DNA from: an uncultured Gammaproteobacteria bacterium
GTDB taxonomy: Bacteria > Patescibacteriota > Patescibacteriia > Patescibacteriales > GWC2-42-12
DNA length: 64,000 bases
Assembly: GCA_964467155.1 (NCBI GenBank)
Contig: CAYXNZ010000001.1
Coordinates: forward strand, 4,070-68,069
Reading direction: 5' to 3'
Made by a program: the position numbers and the translations under genes. Shown here piece by piece: positions 63,792 to 64,000 of the stretch. A model generated the notes under the pieces. The model had not been told where the DNA came from and made no database searches. It saw nothing but the letters and a program-made list of their open reading frames with translations. The number at the start of each line of letters is the position of its first letter. The stretch's first letter is position 1.

Positions 63792-64000
63792 ATGTCCAAT
63801 AAAATAAAGGGGATTGAAAATTTTAAAATATATAAACTAGCTGAAAGATTAGAAATATTTATATACAAAGTTACTAAAAAATTTCCTATTGAAGAAAAAT
63901 ATAGAAGCATTGATCAGCTGAGGAGATCATCTGCTTCTGCGAGCGAAAATATTTCGGAAAGTTATCACAGATATCATTATAAAGATAAGATTAACAGGAT
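63792..64000 (+). CDS. four-helix-bundle protein (23S rRNA IVS protein family), 5' partial at window end
   Basis: Manual translation gives MSNKIKGIENFKIYKLAERLEIFIYKVTKKFPIEEKYRSIDQLRRSSASASENISESYHRYHYKDKINR... It is not in the ORF track because it runs off the window. Confidence 0.75.
   Translation, partial: MSNKIKGIENFKIYKLAERLEIFIYKVTKKFPIEEKYRSIDQLRRSSASASENISESYHRYHYKDKINR

Noticed and set aside
1-64000. Alternative genetic code (e.g. UGA=Gly, as in some CPR lineages)
   Set aside because: TGA terminates rsmA (47844-47846) at the expected protein end, and long conserved genes (rpoB, rpoC, leuS, gyrA) are intact under code 11. The single in-frame TAG (57601) is isolated, and TAG ends other genes such as the histidine kinase.

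Overview
This is an AT-rich, gene-dense 64-kb bacterial window. It is read with the standard bacterial code: TAA, TAG and TGA all terminate conserved genes, and rpoB and rpoC are intact. About two thirds is housekeeping: ftsK, gyrA, uvrC, proS, rpsA, ftsH, ruvA, a FemAB-type transferase, a MurE-like ligase, rpoB-rpoC, a four-subunit 2-oxoacid:ferredoxin oxidoreductase, xth, leuS and rsmA. Most genes lack a Shine-Dalgarno motif. Several traits point to a Candidate Phyla Radiation / Patescibacteria-type genome; this is inference, with no search run. The traits are multiple four-helix-bundle (23S-IVS family) and GxxExxY genes, a VirB2-like pilin of the type common in CPR, very large cysteine-rich secreted proteins, charged tails on core proteins, and a short UvrC and ProRS. 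No rRNA, tRNA or CRISPR array was found. Five things are worth a second look. (1) 49.9-64 kb holds a 2521-aa cysteine-rich secreted protein, then a small membrane protein, a VirB6/TrbL-like polytopic membrane protein and unknown proteins, a candidate T4SS-derived surface or host-contact locus. A related pilin gene is embedded in the oxidoreductase operon. (2) Several families of GC-rich palindromic (REP/MITE-like) elements litter the intergenic DNA, and copies sit in frame inside uvrC, leuS, rsmA and a RAYT-like transposase gene. (3) An IS200/RAYT-like Y1 transposase carries a perfect 22-bp-stem hairpin that recurs 2.9 kb away. (4) Small IVS-type genes are bracketed by inverted repeats and wedged between genes of apparent operons. 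(5) A minority of genes have strong SD sites and locally higher GC, and may be foreign. All family assignments come from motif recognition by eye and need HMM or structure confirmation.
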